DNA of 64,000 nt from Euprymna scolopes (lineage: Eukaryota). Position 1 is the first letter of the stretch. Every line of letters starts with the position of its first letter. The translations under genes were made by a program, and so were the position numbers. The DNA is taken from NCBI GenBank assembly GCA_053919585.1, contig CM132806.1. One strand, 5' to 3'. The notes beneath the pieces were generated by a model. It saw only the letters and a list, made by a program, of their open reading frames with translations. It did not search any database and was not told where the DNA came from. Below are positions 39,240 to 54,212 of this stretch, in pieces.

Positions 39240-41450
39240 AAGGTGAAAGTGTCCTGATGTTCACCACGAGGGGGTTAAGCTGCGAGTGGGCTCTTTTCCC
39301 GGTAGCAGAAATTTCTAGCTTATATAGGGTTTGACGGGTCCATATTATCATGACTATAGGGGTGTCAACTACTCAGAACACTTCCCTCCGAAGATTTATT
39401 TCCCCGGAATATAATTTTTATTTCTCGGGGTTACCTCCACGGGGTCCGTCCGTTAACTTTTTCTGCCGGAACGACATATATCGCTACTAGTTTGAGGGTG
39501 TTTTTTTATGCGAGCAATGTGGTCTTCCTACCATGTAGACTATACGACCGATCATGTTCTTGATTGATTATTGGTCCAAAAGAGTATTATTATCTTTGTG
39601 CATCTGGAAGAATATTTTCTCTCCCGGCACGTAATTTTTCTTGGGAGCAGTTGTCTTTGTGGGTTTTTCTTTTTTTGGCAATATATTTTCAAAGACTGGA
39701 CGTATTTTTCTCGTAGACACATCACTTCTGCCGGATATATCTGGGATGGTGCATGTTCGTTAGGCGACATGCAATACACCTGAAGAAATTGTTTCAATCC
39801 TTTTTCGGATGGAGTGTTATTTGCCTTCTTCAAAGCCCTCTTCAAAGGTGTCCACAAATCTTTTAGCCTGTCCGTTTGACCTGAGGTTGTTAGTCAGAGT
39901 TGTGATGTGATCGACTTGGAAGTCCTCCATGAACTCTTAAAGCCCCTGGATGTAAACTGAGTGCCGTTATCTGACACTAAACAGTCGTCCACTCTGAATT
40001 TGCGAATAACTCATGAAGAGTTTTTTTTTTTATATTTATAACTCAGTAGTTGGGGTTTGCACCTAAAGACTTAAGGTCACTTAGAGAAGCTGCCAACTAT
40101 TATAAGGTAGTACTATCCATGAAGTGGTCCCGCTTAGTCCGTGTGTGTCCCTGGTGATTGAATTGATAGTGCTTTACCATCCTCTGCATACTTTCACGTT
40201 TTCTTCAATATCGTTATCCATGTTTTTTCTAACGTATGAATGCATGAAACTTTTCATTCTGGTAATGCCAGGGCGTCTTGTGTGAAAATCATTTAGGATT
40301 TTCTTTTGACAAGTTTACTCTTTCCCTATATAATAATACATACTTGCTTGTTAGAAAACCTCTGCTGCTTTTCATCAGTTTGCAGTTTTCTCTTCGTTTC
40401 TATTATAAAATCGGTTCTCCATATTCTAGGCATAGATAACGGGGTAACTCAGGTTTGTTTTGGGATTTTTCTCATGTTTGGCTTTCGCTTGCTGTTTGGT
40501 GAGTAAGATTTTTTATACTTTGTACCTTTCTAATGTCTTCTACACCTTCCTCTTCTATATATTTGGAGTTTTGGTTCTCAGAGATGATTGTTTGGCATTC
40601 CTCATCCAATTGTTTAAGGGTTATGTTTTGTTCGATCTCCAATCTGTAAAGTTTCCGGTGCATGAGTTCAATGTCGTTTGTCGACACTAAGCCTTGAATA
40701 GATATCAGGATTTAAAGTTGTCGGTCCTCAATGACGATAGTTCGACGTTGTCACAATCTCCATTTACGACTAAAGAAAAGGTGGTGTAATCATGGTTTTC
40801 TTTGCGAGTCAGGTCAATATATCTCTTTTATGAAATAAACTGATTTTTAGAGAGTATAATTCCATCAAAGATTTCATTTCTCGTCAAAGGACAATTCACT
40901 CGTCTTTTTAAGGATGATGTAGTTAAAGAACTGATTATGCTCTACAGCTCTCAATTTTTGTAATAAAAGACGAAACATCAGCTGCTCGTCCCATGACTTG
41001 CAATCAATACTGCATTCGTCACCAAATCTGGCAAAATAGGTTTCAAATATCCAATCCTCTTGAGGACGATAGTGAAATCATTCTAATGCTGACCAATTCG
41101 CGGTTTATGAAAAAAAAAACAGTTTGCTCTGATTCATTTCTCTATAAATTTAGTTAATTGTTCCAATTTTTTTTCTTTGCCTGTAACTGTATTTTCAGTA
41201 TTTTTCGCTGAATTTCCTTCTTTCCCTTTCTTTTCTTTTCTTCTTCTTCTTCTTCTTCTTCTCTTCTTCTTCTTCTCTTTCCACTTCTTTTTCTCTTCTT
41301 CTCTTTTTCTTTTTCCTGCTTCTGTTTCTCTTTTTCTTTTCTTTATCTTTCTTCTTCTTTTCTTTCTCTTTTTCTTCATTCTTTTCTCTTCGAAACTGTA
41401 ATTCCAAACTCATTATGCTGTAAGTGTATCATTGCAACTAGTTACCTTGA
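39240..41450 (-). mobile_element. Internally deleted Gypsy LTR retrotransposon (gag and integrase remnants)
   Basis: K/E-rich gag-like N-terminus from 41413; HHCC ILNDFHTRRPGITRMKS...VKVCRG; core LVSDNGTQFTS and RSNGQAKRFVDTF.KRALKK; no recognisable RT. Confidence 0.8.
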
Positions 41451-41619
41451 ATATTCTTCTATTAAGAAAACATAATAACTAAAAAATAAACCCACGAAAA
41501 TATACCAAATTAATATTCACAAAGAGAAAAAAAATCATGCGCATGTTCAATTTGCTACAGAGATCATAAAACACTTAAGAAGTCATTTTAATTCTCAGTC
41601 GATGCGTCAGTCAGCCTTC

Positions 41620-42230
41620 TTATAATACCGCACGGTTTGTGCAATTAGGTTTTGAGTCTAGAATTAGGACGATTTCTATCATTATCACAGCGTGATCAGT
41701 ATTATATGGAATGCGATATGGAGAAACTACGTGTTATGCTACCAACTTCGTGTGTGTAAATTTGAGAATCCAAGCCATTTACTGTGGATGTCACTGAAAT
41801 GACCAAATACATGTACTGGTGGGCTGGTATCCATGTTGTCAGAAACTTCGTTCATTAGAGTAAAATACTGGGTTGAAGGAGAGAGGTAGAGAAAATATAA
41901 GTAGCTAATATTATGTTGCATGTTAAGTCAGAAGCATATAAAGGTTTGGTGTTCTAATTCATTTTTTTCTATTGTCTAGGGGAGGGTGTTTCGAACATAG
42001 ACTCAAAGTTCGTGCCAATGTCTGTCTGAGTCCTTACGGTATGTGGGATAACCAGGCAGGTTTATGTAGTACGTGGGGAATTGAGAAACGTTGGTAAGTT
42101 TTGCTATCGCTAAGGTATCCGGAATATTTTCCAGAAGAAAATAATTCAACATCATCTAATTTATTTCGTGAATGCAAGCCTACAGGGAGAAGGCGAATTA
42201 GTTTTCTTTGTGTAAAACCTGGTTTAATCG
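41620..42230 (-). mobile_element. CR1/L2-like endonuclease remnant
   Basis: GHFSDIHSKWL (~GDFNVHHxxWL); SDH region similar to 12890-12930. Confidence 0.6.
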
Positions 42231-42813
42231 TAATTTTGATTCAACTGCAGTTTTTATTTTATTTAAGAGTTCCAGGTAAGTGTGCTGGAAAGTGGATACC
42301 AAACATGAAACAGAAGTAGATCATCCGCTGACTCCTCACATATAGGATTGTAATCCCGCGACAGCCCCAAACAAACGGAGATGAGTGCAGGCTCCTTTCC
42401 ATGCGCGACATGGTGTGTCGAGCAGCGAGGAAGCGCACAAGCGTATGAGTCGCGCCTACCTGCGGTTAAAAACGAACCCAGGAGATTTCGATTACAAATC
42501 AAATCTAATGAACTACACCCATCTTACCCCAAAGTGACAATTTAGTTTCGCCCAACGGCTATGAAAAGAACGAGCCGATACGTGATTTGGGAGGGGTTGA
42601 AATACACTGCTTTCATAACGTGTCTCGCGTTATTGCGTTTCGTATCGTAGCGTGTCGATTCGGCGAGATGGTTCGGTCCTGCTTGGGAACATGTGTGTTG
42701 ATTCAACGGTATTTGTTCATCGTGTGGCGTGTCGATTCAGCGGTGTATTCGGAGTTGCGTGGACAAATTTGTTAAGGACCGTTCCATCACTTGTGAAACC
42801 ACACCCACCCACC

Positions 42814-42868
<55 letters not shown>

Positions 42869-42872
<4 letters not shown>

Positions 42873-43460
42873 CTGAATGTTTGTGCGTGTGTCTATATGC
42901 CTGGTCACAAATAGGCTCCTAGATGGTTGAATATTATAGAAAACTGATCACATATAATGATAGAAGATGTATCGAGACTCAGGAATTGGTATGGTTGATT
43001 TGGCAGAACGGTAGTTCATGAAAATTGTGGGCCTGCGTTCGCGCCTGGTCCACAAAATATGGAAATAAAAAATTTAAAAATTAAAGAAAACGTTTACAAC
43101 TGTTTTTGATATAGATATACATAATAATACTTTGATAAATATGTTTCAACTTAAATAGGGATGGTATAATAAAATTGTGGGGGCTGCGTTCGCGCCTGGT
43201 CTCAATAGAATGGAAATAGGCACAAACTTTAATAAAGACTTTTCATATCTATCTACGTAAGTATACTTTGATAATTATGTTTCAGTTTGAAGAAATATGG
43301 TATAATAAAATTATTGGGTGTTCGTTCGCGCCTAACCTCCATAGACTGGAAATATGTCACAAAGTTTAACAAGGTTTTTTTAATATAGATCCACAGAATA
43401 TTATGATAAGTGTTTCACTGTAAACAGGTATGGTATACTAAATTATGGGGTTTATCTATT
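42869..43460 (+). repeat. Helitron-like 5' start followed by three to four tandem units of ~135-150 bp
   Basis: aaaattgtggg..gcgttcgcgcct recurs at ~43021, 43171, 43307 and partially at 43440. Confidence 0.7.
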
Positions 43461-43559
43461 TTATTTTTACTTTCGTCATATTTTGCTTTGGTTTTGATAC
43501 CCCCAAATTCGAAGCTATCTCTTTACAACCCTTCCTTTTCATAACCTATCATACTTTCA

Positions 43560-45048
43560 TAAATCAGAGTCCATCTTCTGTAGGCTGTTTTTGAACCCAG
43601 TCACTCAATGATGAAGCTGATGAAGACTAGCTTTGGCACTATAGGCATCTCCAACAACGCCAATGCCAGACATAATTCTTTTCTGACCACACCAGAACTT
43701 TCACGTCGGTCAAAAGAGTTAAAAAGTCAGTTTGATATGGAAGCTGAAAGAATCACAGAGCATCATGAGCTTGGAAAAAGTGCAGTCAAGAAGGCACATG
43801 GTACAGTTGGCAAGATCAAGGAAGCCATGGAAACCCCTTTACTATAAATGGAAAAAGCTGTACAATGTGATCATTAATGTCTACATGCCAGATGAGTATG
43901 CAACACAGATATTGATTGTTGATGTCATTGGACAGAAATTGTATACGGATTACGTGTCAGAGCGGATCAATGGAGATGTAAGACTCTGTGCCCCTGGGGA
44001 GAAAGAGAAAAACAAGATGTTACTTTCTGGGAACAAGAAGATTACAGTGAAACTCAGAGACATAAGTGTTGCTCTGAAGGAAACCGAGGACCTGTTTGCG
44101 AAGCTTAAGGTATTTTCCAGGTCAAACCGACCATCAACCAGGAATGTGCGATAAGAAACCATGAATTCACTCTGACACCAAGAGCACTGTTTACTCCTGA
44201 TGCAAGAATGCTGCTATTCCACAACAAGTCCAAGTTAATCAATCTACTTGAGAAGATGACAAGAGAAGACAGTCACTTCAAGCTGGAAGTTTTACTCGCC
44301 AGGATGCAACGGGTACAGGATTTACAGAGCCCACATCTACTGATCGGCCAAATCGGAAGATAGCACTGGTAGATGGCATGGTGCTTGTGCAGAAGCTGTG
44401 TAAGAGACCAGCGACGCTAGTGATAGTCAAGGATCTGAGTAGCTGCTTCAATGAGAGACTGATGCAAATAACACGAGATTATGATGAAATCATCCTCGTT
44501 TTTGGTACATACCGACCAGATTCTCTAAAGATTGCAACCAGAGAAAAACGAAGACAAGGAAAAGTTTCAAGTCAGAAATGGCACTAAAATCAAACCCATT
44601 CCAATGAGGAGGTCTCTCTCTCTTTTTCTCTCTCTCTATGACAAGACGAAGGCTGATCTTACTGACTATCTTGCTGCCCAAATTCTAGAGTACAACAGAG
44701 AATCATCCAAGCTGATCATCACATCCGCTTCTGGATACACTAAATCAACAAAGACCTGGTCTTTGAAGTAAATAACCATGAGGTAGCAGGCATGCAGCTG
44801 ATCTACCAGGCTGTGCTGGCTTCACAGCGAAACCCACCTGATAAAGAGTTAGTATTTTTCTCCCCAGATACGGACGTTTTAGTGCTAGTCAAAACAAACC
44901 ATGATCTATTCCTGAAAACACGTCTATTTTTATGGCCTGTGGGGTTATACAAATTTAATCACTGTAGCTAGCTATTGGAACAGAAAGAGCAAGAGCTTTA
45001 CTAGACTTCCATGCGTTCACTGTGGCCTACACACAGGGGTGTTCTCCC

Positions 45049-45095
<47 letters not shown>

Positions 45096-46080
45096 AGACA
45101 ACCTGGCTGCAGATCTACTTCAAAGCAGATGCATATATTGCCAATGCTCTGCAAATGCTTATGCATGAAGCACAAGTGACAGAGGGAATGCTGTCAATAT
45201 TACTCCTTTGTATGTGCAGAATACTCGCCAAAAGGTATCAACATAAAACAGTCCCTGAACTTCGATGGAATCTGTTCTACAAACATAGTTCAGAAAGTGA
45301 CAGGCTCCCTCCAATACCTGGAGCTCTAAAGCAACATATTTTAAGAGTCCATGTCCAAGCAAAGGTATGGGAACAAGTAGCCATTGCTCTACAGATTTCA
45401 CAACTGAATCCCCTGGAAAATGGGTACTTCAAACAATTGGATGGCATCCTGAAACCAATGACCACAAATGTCCTCATAGCCTCCAAGGCCATCCTTGAGA
45501 TGTTCCTGCAAGTCTAAAGACTTAGCCTGCACTAACATCTGTCAGTGCAGCAGCCAGTCCGAAAACGATGAAGATTCCCAAGCTGCGATGTATGAAAGTG
45601 ATGTTGGTGATGATGTTGATAATTATGATTATGCATACACTATGATCAAACATCTAATTATGTTTAAAATAGTTGCACAAAAATTCAAAAGTTACAGTTA
45701 AATGACATTTCAATATAAAGAACTATGCTTTAGTGTCTGACTAAATTCCAGGATTAACTTTTTTTTACCAATATGGTGGATTATGTGTTTCAATGGGGGT
45801 GGGGTTACAGAAGATGAAATGATAACTTGGACTATTGACTTCCTTGACACTGAAAATGTAGGTTTAGCAGTTAAAATCAGTGTTCCAACTTATTTAGAGG
45901 CCGAGCTCTTACAAAACATATATCTTACGGCAGCGATTTTGTAAATTAGATATGGCCGCCACATACGCATCTGGGCAAATGCAAACGTTGATTTTTCTGA
46001 TTCCTGAGACTAAAACCTGTCCAATAATGTATTTGTTTGCAAATCTCCTAAAAGTTCCCACAAAATCACATTATGAACCT

Positions 46081-46085
<5 letters not shown>
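43560..46085 (+). mobile_element. AcademX-like DNA transposon, decayed 3' half (XPG/FEN1-like domain, Cys-rich finger, right end)
   Basis: Motifs ALVDGMVLVQ, ILVFGTY, NHEVAG, FSPDTDVLVL, FHAFT, RLPPIPGALKQHILRVHVQAKVW, RCSCKSKDLACTNICQC; right terminus ...CTA (TAG on the opposite strand). Confidence 0.7.
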
Positions 46086-46160
<75 letters not shown>

Positions 46161-47649
46161 CCATACTCAAGACGGTAAGTGAAGTAAAAAAAGTCGTAAT
46201 TGTTTGTTTTTTCACGTCAAAGAAGACGTCATAAAACTGGAATTTATTTTGGTGGAAGAGTTGTAAATGAACAGGAAGCCTTGAACAACAAAGAGAAACA
46301 GCAAGAACTGTGGCCACTGATTTCGATCATTCTTAACAGCTCATATACACTGAGAATCTCTAACCTCTTAAACTTCTGTCTTTACTTTCAATTATTATTC
46401 TAATGTTTTTGTTCTGCGTATCTGTTAGGTATTGTTTGTATTGTTTAAACACATAATGATTAAATGCTGTATTTAATGTGTGACTGATTTGCGTCAGACC
46501 GTAAAGTGATTTGCTAAGTCCCCACGTGGAACTTTTTATATTTTATAATAAATCAATATGGAGGGGTACTATAAATTTCAAACTCTATTCGGGAATTTAA
46601 ATAATAATTTTTACGTTCACTTAATGGATGTTTAGGTTATATCGCGATGTGATTTGCAATACATTCTTATTGTGGTTAGATTCGTAAGCATTGAAAACAT
46701 AGAATAATATTCTGAGCGTATCCTTTAGCAACGAACCTACCGTTTTACTGTTCAACGTCTTACGCTGCAATCTTTTGTAAAGGTCCATCGAAAAGAAATG
46801 GAATGTTTATCCTTTCGGAGAGGCACTACTTACTATGTATTAGTTTCTGTTAAAACATCTATTTCGCTTTTCACTGCTTGTTCTATTGCTGGCGACGTTC
46901 TGAATAAATTGCTTATTTAAAGCTATTAGGCGTATTATACATGGAATAGCAATGGTCGACATAATAATCTTCCAAATTGTAGATACAAAAAAATCGGATC
47001 GCCCACTACTTCGTTTTTAACAAAGTATTTATTAACGTTCGACTTAAACATCAGCATCATCGCTATCATCATTATCAATACTCTTGTCCTCGTCCACGGC
47101 GATTTCATTGTCGTCGTTTGTTTTATGGAGTTTGGGAAATATTTATTCATCCTCTTCATATGATGGATTTTCGTCTTTGAAAATAAACGTGCCCATGAAC
47201 TTTACACATCGAATTTTTTAATTTTATATTTCTCTGGAAAAATACTTTAGTAAACTGGGCAGTTTTTATCGTACCCAAGAAATATACCTCGACCGGTTTT
47301 GATATGTATTTTGCGTTTCGGATCTAAAATGCGAAGCAAGTATTACCAAATATATACATTCTGCTAAAAGTTCGCTTTCCACCGAAGAAACGTTCATATA
47401 TGAAACGGTTGTGATGGTTGGTGAAGGTGGTTATCTTTATCGACCAATCGACCACACACTGGCTGCTTCTCTTCATCCAATCAGAATTAAGCTGGGGCCT
47501 TTCAGCGCCAACATTTTTTATTTGTTTAATTTTAATCAAATGTGAATAGAGAATATCAGCGACACCATTTTTTTGGTTGTTTTATTAGCTATTTTGGAAT
47601 ATTTTACCATCTTTTCAAAGTATGTTAGGATGATAACGGCCGAGGGAAA

Positions 47650-49000
47650 TAAGCGTATTAGTATTTAGATAAGTGGGCATTACTAGGAATTAAAACGGGA
47701 AACTTAATGAATCATAAATATGGAACTTTAAACCAAAAGGAGATTGAGGCGCTCAGTAAACATGACGCTTACACCTAATGGTACTAGAAGCATACACTCT
47801 GAAATCTAAAGGATTGAAAGAGAAAATTAACAAAGGGCACCTGCAAAGCACAAGGAAACTCTTCGAAACTATACACTAGAAATTAAATAATAGGAATAAA
47901 CACTGGGGCAGTATCGCTAATAAAGTACCCTGGACCTTTAATAGGCTGCAATACAGAAGGACTTTACCACTTTGATCAAAAGTAATGCCAAAGCACAATG
48001 GTTTATATCTGAGAGACGAACTTGACCGACTCTATGTGAAAACAAAATAGGCAAAAGGAGGCCGATAAACGTGGAAGACAGTGTAGAAAGTACAAAAAAG
48101 ATTTCGGAAATTACACAATCAGAAACATTAAGATATATCACCGCAGCGAGTGACTCCATCAAGAAAAACAATACAGAAAACGACCAAACCAGAAACAAAA
48201 ACAACAAAAGAAAAATGGAAATAGAAAGAGATTCACTAACGATTCGTCAGAATAACAAAAGAAGAAACTCGTGAAAGCACCTAGATTTAGCTAAGAAAAT
48301 TACAAATAAAGAAGGAATCAGAATCACTATTGCCAGTCAAACGAAAGTAGGGTCAGCCACTTTATATCTAAATTAGATAAAATACAGGAAAACAGTAAAT
48401 ATACGCTCCGTGGACAAGGATACGTAACAATGAACCCCATAATAAGTGAATGCAGTAAACTATCCCCAATAGAATATAAAACAGACACAGCTGTTTAGAA
48501 AAGGAAGTGCATTGGAAGTTCTGTCACGACTATATCTCGAATATACAGACAAAAGGTTAAAACAAAATCCGGTGACAGTACACGAATAAAAACCCACAAA
48601 ATCCCTTTGAGGCATGAAGATACAAGTAGACAAATTCCTCCAAGCAAGCGGCTTAGACAGCATAATAATGAAAAAAAAGGAAAGTAACTGCCAAGTTGAA
48701 GATTTTCCGCCCCAGCAACTACAGAGTGAAAATCAACAAGTCAGAATATAGTCAAATAAATAAGAGAAAATTGCCTCAAACTGAAATGAAATATGAAACA
48801 TGAAGAAAATCAATATAATACTAATAATTGTCGAAGCACAATGGATAAATAATCAAAAAAAGAGAAAGGCGAAAACGGAGACTGAGTCTATGAAACGGAT
48901 AGTAATGCATAAAACAACTGACATTTTAAGGAAAACTTGAGGGAAGAAAAAATCTACAAGAGCCACAAACGCCAACCGGAATTATAGAATACTAGAAGTA
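47650..49000 (+). mobile_element. Decayed RLE-type LINE (R4/Dong/NeSL-like)
   Basis: Collinear with the reverse complement of 58740-59940 (INT.AV..I.Y and DF.xPxxxRVK motifs). Confidence 0.6.
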
Positions 49001-49599
49001 GGAATAAAAATGTTGCAATATAGAAAACTGAAACGACAAAATTGTAAATTTACTCCCCTAAATGTAAGCATTGAGTGACACTACAAGAAATAGTCGCTCA
49101 ACGTCCATGTGGCGATACGCCATGCTAGGGGTGAACGTGATTAAAAACAGTACAACTTAACCGGCTAGGGAGTAAAGTGCCTTCCAGCAAATTAGTTTCT
49201 ACAATTTTAAAGTTCTCGAAGATAAAGTCACATGGAGATTAATAAACCTGAGAATAAAATTCTAAATCATTAGTTTATACAGTGACTGTGTTAAGATTAC
49301 TAATAGAATAAAATCAGACATAACCAAACAAAGCAAGTACTACATTATTCACGTATACGTATAAGTATTTTTTATTTTATCTATTAAATGAAATCGGGTA
49401 GATTTTTTTCAGGTCAGAAAAAGAAAGAGAAAGCTTACCCCAATTACCAGTAAATGACTTGATTCGAAGAAATTAGGAACTCACGATATTTAGAAAATTC
49501 ATAACAGTATACTAAATATCAACAATAACTCCAATAGCCATTAGGTAGTGCGCATAGTCCCCGAGAAGGTTAATATGCTTTCCCGATGGTTCGCCTTTA

Positions 49600-51170
49600 A
49601 CTCCTTCTTAGACTCAACGAAGCACTTTCTCCCAAATTTCCCTTTGTGGACAAAAGCTAAACTGAAAATCATACATTCTCATGTTCATATAATCAAAAGT
49701 CTGGACATTGCGAAGACTTCTGAGCATGACCTCACCCCTGATATACTATTAAAATATGCTCCTCTGTTGAGGTTACCTTCGTTCTCTCTAAATTCTCCAA
49801 CAAACATCTTACCGAATCTTGCTTCCCCGACTGCCGGAAAATTGCTTCTGTTTTTTTTTTCATAAATTAAACGACATTAGCCTCCTTCCCCGTATCGCCA
49901 GAATTTTTTAGTCCTTAATCAATCAAACACTAGTTCACCATCTTATAGATTATAAACTTCTTTCCTACCGAGAATATGAATTTGGACATGCATATTCTAC
50001 TAAAGATATTCAAACTCTAATCTCTGAACATATATACACGTCACTAGATGAGCAGAAGATGATAAGACAGTAGCAATAGATATATCTTCACAGCATTTGA
50101 TAAGTTCTGGCACAAAGTTCTTCACGGCATTACTGAACGAATACTTTACATAATCAAATTATTCTTAAACAAAACATCCAGGTTGTTCTTGATGATCGTA
50201 CGCTAACAAAACATATAATATAAATGTGGATGTGTTATGTGAGTCGAGGTTTGGATCTTTATTATTACTGATATTCATAAAATACCTCTCTGATAAAATT
50301 GTATACAAGATGGATATATTTGCTGATGACTCTACACAGATACGAGGGAGAAATGAATGTACACATATCTAAAAGATGGCTGTAACTATAAAGAAAGATC
50401 TTGTCTATCGTGGAATGGCGACTTAAATGGATTTAACATCTAATGTTACTAAGTTTCTTCTCTAAACCCTAACCCTAACACCCTCTCAACTGCTGATTGG
50501 CATATCTAATAATTCGCTCCATAATATCGCTTCACTCAAACTCCTTGTCCTAATATTCACATGCAATATGCGGTGAGAAGAAATTCACTGAGATCACTGA
50601 TGTGGAAAACAGGGATCTCTCTACCGTACTAGAAAATTACTGACACTCGGAAGTATCCTTTATCTCAGCAAAGCAATAATTCCGTCGTGCATGAGATAAT
50701 GTTGCCTCAGCTGAGCTGATACATCTGTCACTAGTCTCTCGCTTTTAGACTTGGCCAAAAAATGACCGATCTAATAGGCCCTGCAATATCAACCAAAGTC
50801 CAACCTCTGTTCTCTCGTTGAGAGTATGCATCCTTGTGCCTGTTTTACAAGTTATTTGTTAAGGTAAAAAACTGAAAACACTCGCACTCCTTCACCGTAA
50901 ATACTCCCGCTTAACCAGTCAAACACGAAACCTCTACACATAAACTGTAGAAATTCCTAAATGCTAGAAATCCTTATACTCTAATGGGCCCTTTTCCTCT
51001 AATTTATAGATTTGGGAATTTTCTTCCGGTGATTTGCTTCCTTGATTGTACTGACATGCAGAAGTTGAAGTGCAACAACCATCTCGCTGCATCATTCTCT
51101 TCATGATAATCTGGTTTTAAATATTAGCGCTTTATGTCCTAGTAGCAGTGTTCTACATAAACAGGTTGTT
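49600..51170 (+). mobile_element. Decayed CR1/L2-like LINE RT and 3' end
   Basis: AIDIS..AFDKFWHK, IFADDST, GSLYRTRKLLT..SILYL; parallels 60320-61170. Confidence 0.75.
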
Positions 51171-51920
51171 TTTTATGTAAAAATTATTAAAACGAATATT
51201 TTAATATACTCAGTAAGTGATATGTGAGAGATTACACGGAACTTAACTCATTGGCAAAAATAAATGTTAATTAATCATTATTTCTTATTGTATCGTTGGT
51301 TTTATTTTTCTGTTACGCTCAATTCTATTGATGCATAGTTGTTACATTTTGCATGATTGCGCAGAATTTAAGACGAATATGTATATGTGTATGTGTCCGT
51401 GTGATAAAATATATTCATCATATATGTGTGTGTATGTGTGTGTGTGATCTTGTCAGTATGCGTGCGGAAGTCTTTATCAAACTCCTCTATGAATATTTGG
51501 TCTATAGGCCTGAAATGTGATATATTTAGATATTTAATAAACGTACGGTTTTGTTTTTATCCGGTAAAATAGAGCCAATGCAGATAAAATTAAAACCGCC
51601 CTTGATCTTGTATAAGTCGACTATACCCGCTTTTCTTCGCATGCGCTAATTAAATGTTTACGATTAAACAACGTTATTTTTTGCAGCTTTTGTATGCATA
51701 TGGTTTTAGGTCATATGCTAATGAATAATGCTGAAGATTTAAACTTTTGGTTTCGATATGCGTGATAAGTCATGTTGTTTATAATTATTCAAAATCACAA
51801 CAATATATTCGGTACAATGTAATAATCGATAGAGAATTGGCTCTATAATAACTATGAGATCTGCCTTAATTTAAATATAATATTTAAGCATATTTACGAC
51901 CAGGCTGCATGCTAGTTATA

Positions 51921-51927
51921 TCTATTC

Positions 51928-52000
<73 letters not shown>

Positions 52001-52388
52001 AGAACGTGTGTATGTATGTGTGTACATTTTCTTACGCAATAATTCTCTTAATTTTAAGTCAACAGAATCGAAATTTGATATACAGGGTACTGAGTTTAAA
52101 AAAAATATTTGTAATCCGTTTTCTGTCAGAAAGTTTTCTGTTAAGGGGTCAAAGTTCCATGATTTGACCTTTGGGCACTCTACCAGACTCCTCCACTATT
52201 TTGGGCCTAAACACTTCAAAATTTAGATATAGGTTCCTTGGACAAGGATCTAACTTAATAACTTAATTTGAGTCCAAAACAATAAATGTTAAGGGGTCAT
52301 AATAGAGGTCAAAGGTTAAAAAATTGACCTTTTTTTTTGCTTAACATAGACCTCCAAACACCCGGGCAATGCCGGGCTGAAATGATAA
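51921..52388 (+). mobile_element. Non-autonomous Helitron, followed by (ATT)n at 52391-52459
   Basis: Collinear with 36725-37148, including the CCCGGGCAATGCCGGG hairpin. Confidence 0.85.
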
Positions 52389-52390
52389 TA

Positions 52391-52460
<70 letters not shown>

Positions 52461-53109
52461 CAATATTGGGGGGGATTAGTGTTTGAGTGCTTGGATTTTG
52501 AAGATCACTTAAAAAATTCTAAATTTTTTTGCAACCCCCATATAAGGTATATCATACACTTTCTTGCTGATCTAGTCGAAAAATAAATTGTTACCTCTCC
52601 TTACGCCATTAATCGAACTCTCTTAACACCGACATACACATCATTACGTTTGCTGTCCAAAACAGAATTTTCTTCGTGTAGGCATTTATTTATTGATCCT
52701 CTGCTAGACAGATTATTGTTTATGTATGCTTGAATAATGTTTCATCATTATTTACATACTAGGAACAGTCACACAGGCTTTCATTAAAGATTTCTCTTTT
52801 TGACAATAAATTGTGATACTTTCTGGAGTCTGAGCCACAACAAGTATCCCCATATTTTTAGTACTCTCTGTCTCTTTCGATAATCGTCGCAGAGAAAATG
52901 TGCGTTACCGCAATAGGCGCTTACCAATGATTCTTCATTGAGAGCGACCACTGATTATCTCTGAAATTTGGGTGGCAATAAGCCTCCCCCATATCTCAGT
53001 ATCTTTCGGAGGTCTGGCTAGTGTTTTCTCACCTCGGCTTTTCAATCTTTTTTTATCATTCCATATTTTTTATTATACGGTGAAGAACAAAGTGTCCCAC
53101 GTACATAAG

Positions 53110-54212
53110 TACAGTCCTAGATGGTTCCGATTTTGAAACAGCAAAGAAAAGTCAGTAGCGTGGTTGTGATCACTTATACGATGACGGAGTTTATGCGTGA
53201 TTCCTGTTATCCCTTGCTTCAACAATGGTCCGTATGATAAACAGCAACAAAAAAATAAAAAAATTGAAAATTAAAAAATATTGGAGACCAATAAATGAAC
53301 TACTCAAAGTCTTCAGAAAAATATGAGTGCTGCAGTTCACAGTATAGACCGGCGTTATGTGTGCTGTCCCTTTTCCTGTTTCGTTTGTTATTAGAATCAC
53401 AAGTTCTGAATGCAATGATTAAAAAAAAACGCCAGTCTTAATTCTTGTTTTCAGAAAGATTAATAACTAAAGAAAATTCTGATTAAACTATTTTCTATTT
53501 TACAGCTATATAAAATTCTATGTGATTTCCCTAAACAACGCAGTGTGTGTGAATAGTTCGCGCAGAAAAAAAAAAACGTCTGTGACGACCGATTGTCTCT
53601 CTCTTCTCTCTTCTCCTTCTTTCGGTCAATGAGTGAGGGGTGTAGTCTGAGTGTTGAGGAGGTCAGACTCAACTCAATTCAACTCTTAACTGGCAAAATC
53701 CCCTTTCTGTACATTTCCTTATAGTAAGATACGCAGTAATTCTTGACGAGGTTCGAATTTTTATGCACAGAGTCCAAACTGAATCACCCCTGAGAATATT
53801 AATTAAGTACATTTCCATAATAGGTTTCCCACACCGGCCATATCTAAAATCTTGATCTCGAGTTCATATCCGCCCTGGAAAACACTCAAGTTTAGACAAA
53901 ACAATCTTACTACTACTATACGTTATGCAAACGTTCCCTTTAAAAATATACTTATGAATTATTATTACCTCTTCTTAACAAGCAAAGCTGAATTTATTTT
54001 TATTTCTTTTCAGTTTGCGTCACTAACTAAACAATATGAATCAGCAAGGCAACAGATGATTGCCCGGGATTGCTTACATAATAAAAAGCTCAACTTTAGT
54101 TCTGATTTAAACATTACTCATGTAATTTTTGACCATCACAGGCGGTTGAGTCAGATTCACCATCTCTGCCTATCCTACTTCCAAAAGTAAACGGATGAGT
54201 CTAACCCGTCAA
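53110..54212 (-). mobile_element. 3' LTR (family B) of env-bearing element, copy 2, with candidate PPT at 54217-54226
   Basis: Minus-strand CTATAAG followed ~25 nt later by CCAGTT (TATA/initiator-like); purine tract GAGAGAGAAA precedes it; similar to 15195-16087 and to 56221-56775 plus 58594-58740. Confidence 0.6.

Noticed and set aside
41134-41413. Host K/E/R-rich or F/L-rich protein
   Set aside because: Purine-rich low-complexity tract at the start of the decayed Gypsy gag region.
46500-47320. piggyBac transposase remnant (acidic N-terminus, CxxH C-terminus on the minus strand)
   Set aside because: No catalytic motifs or TTAA termini could be confirmed; too decayed to call.
50464-50479. 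Interstitial telomeric repeat (CCCTAA)2
   Set aside because: Only two units, inside a LINE remnant.
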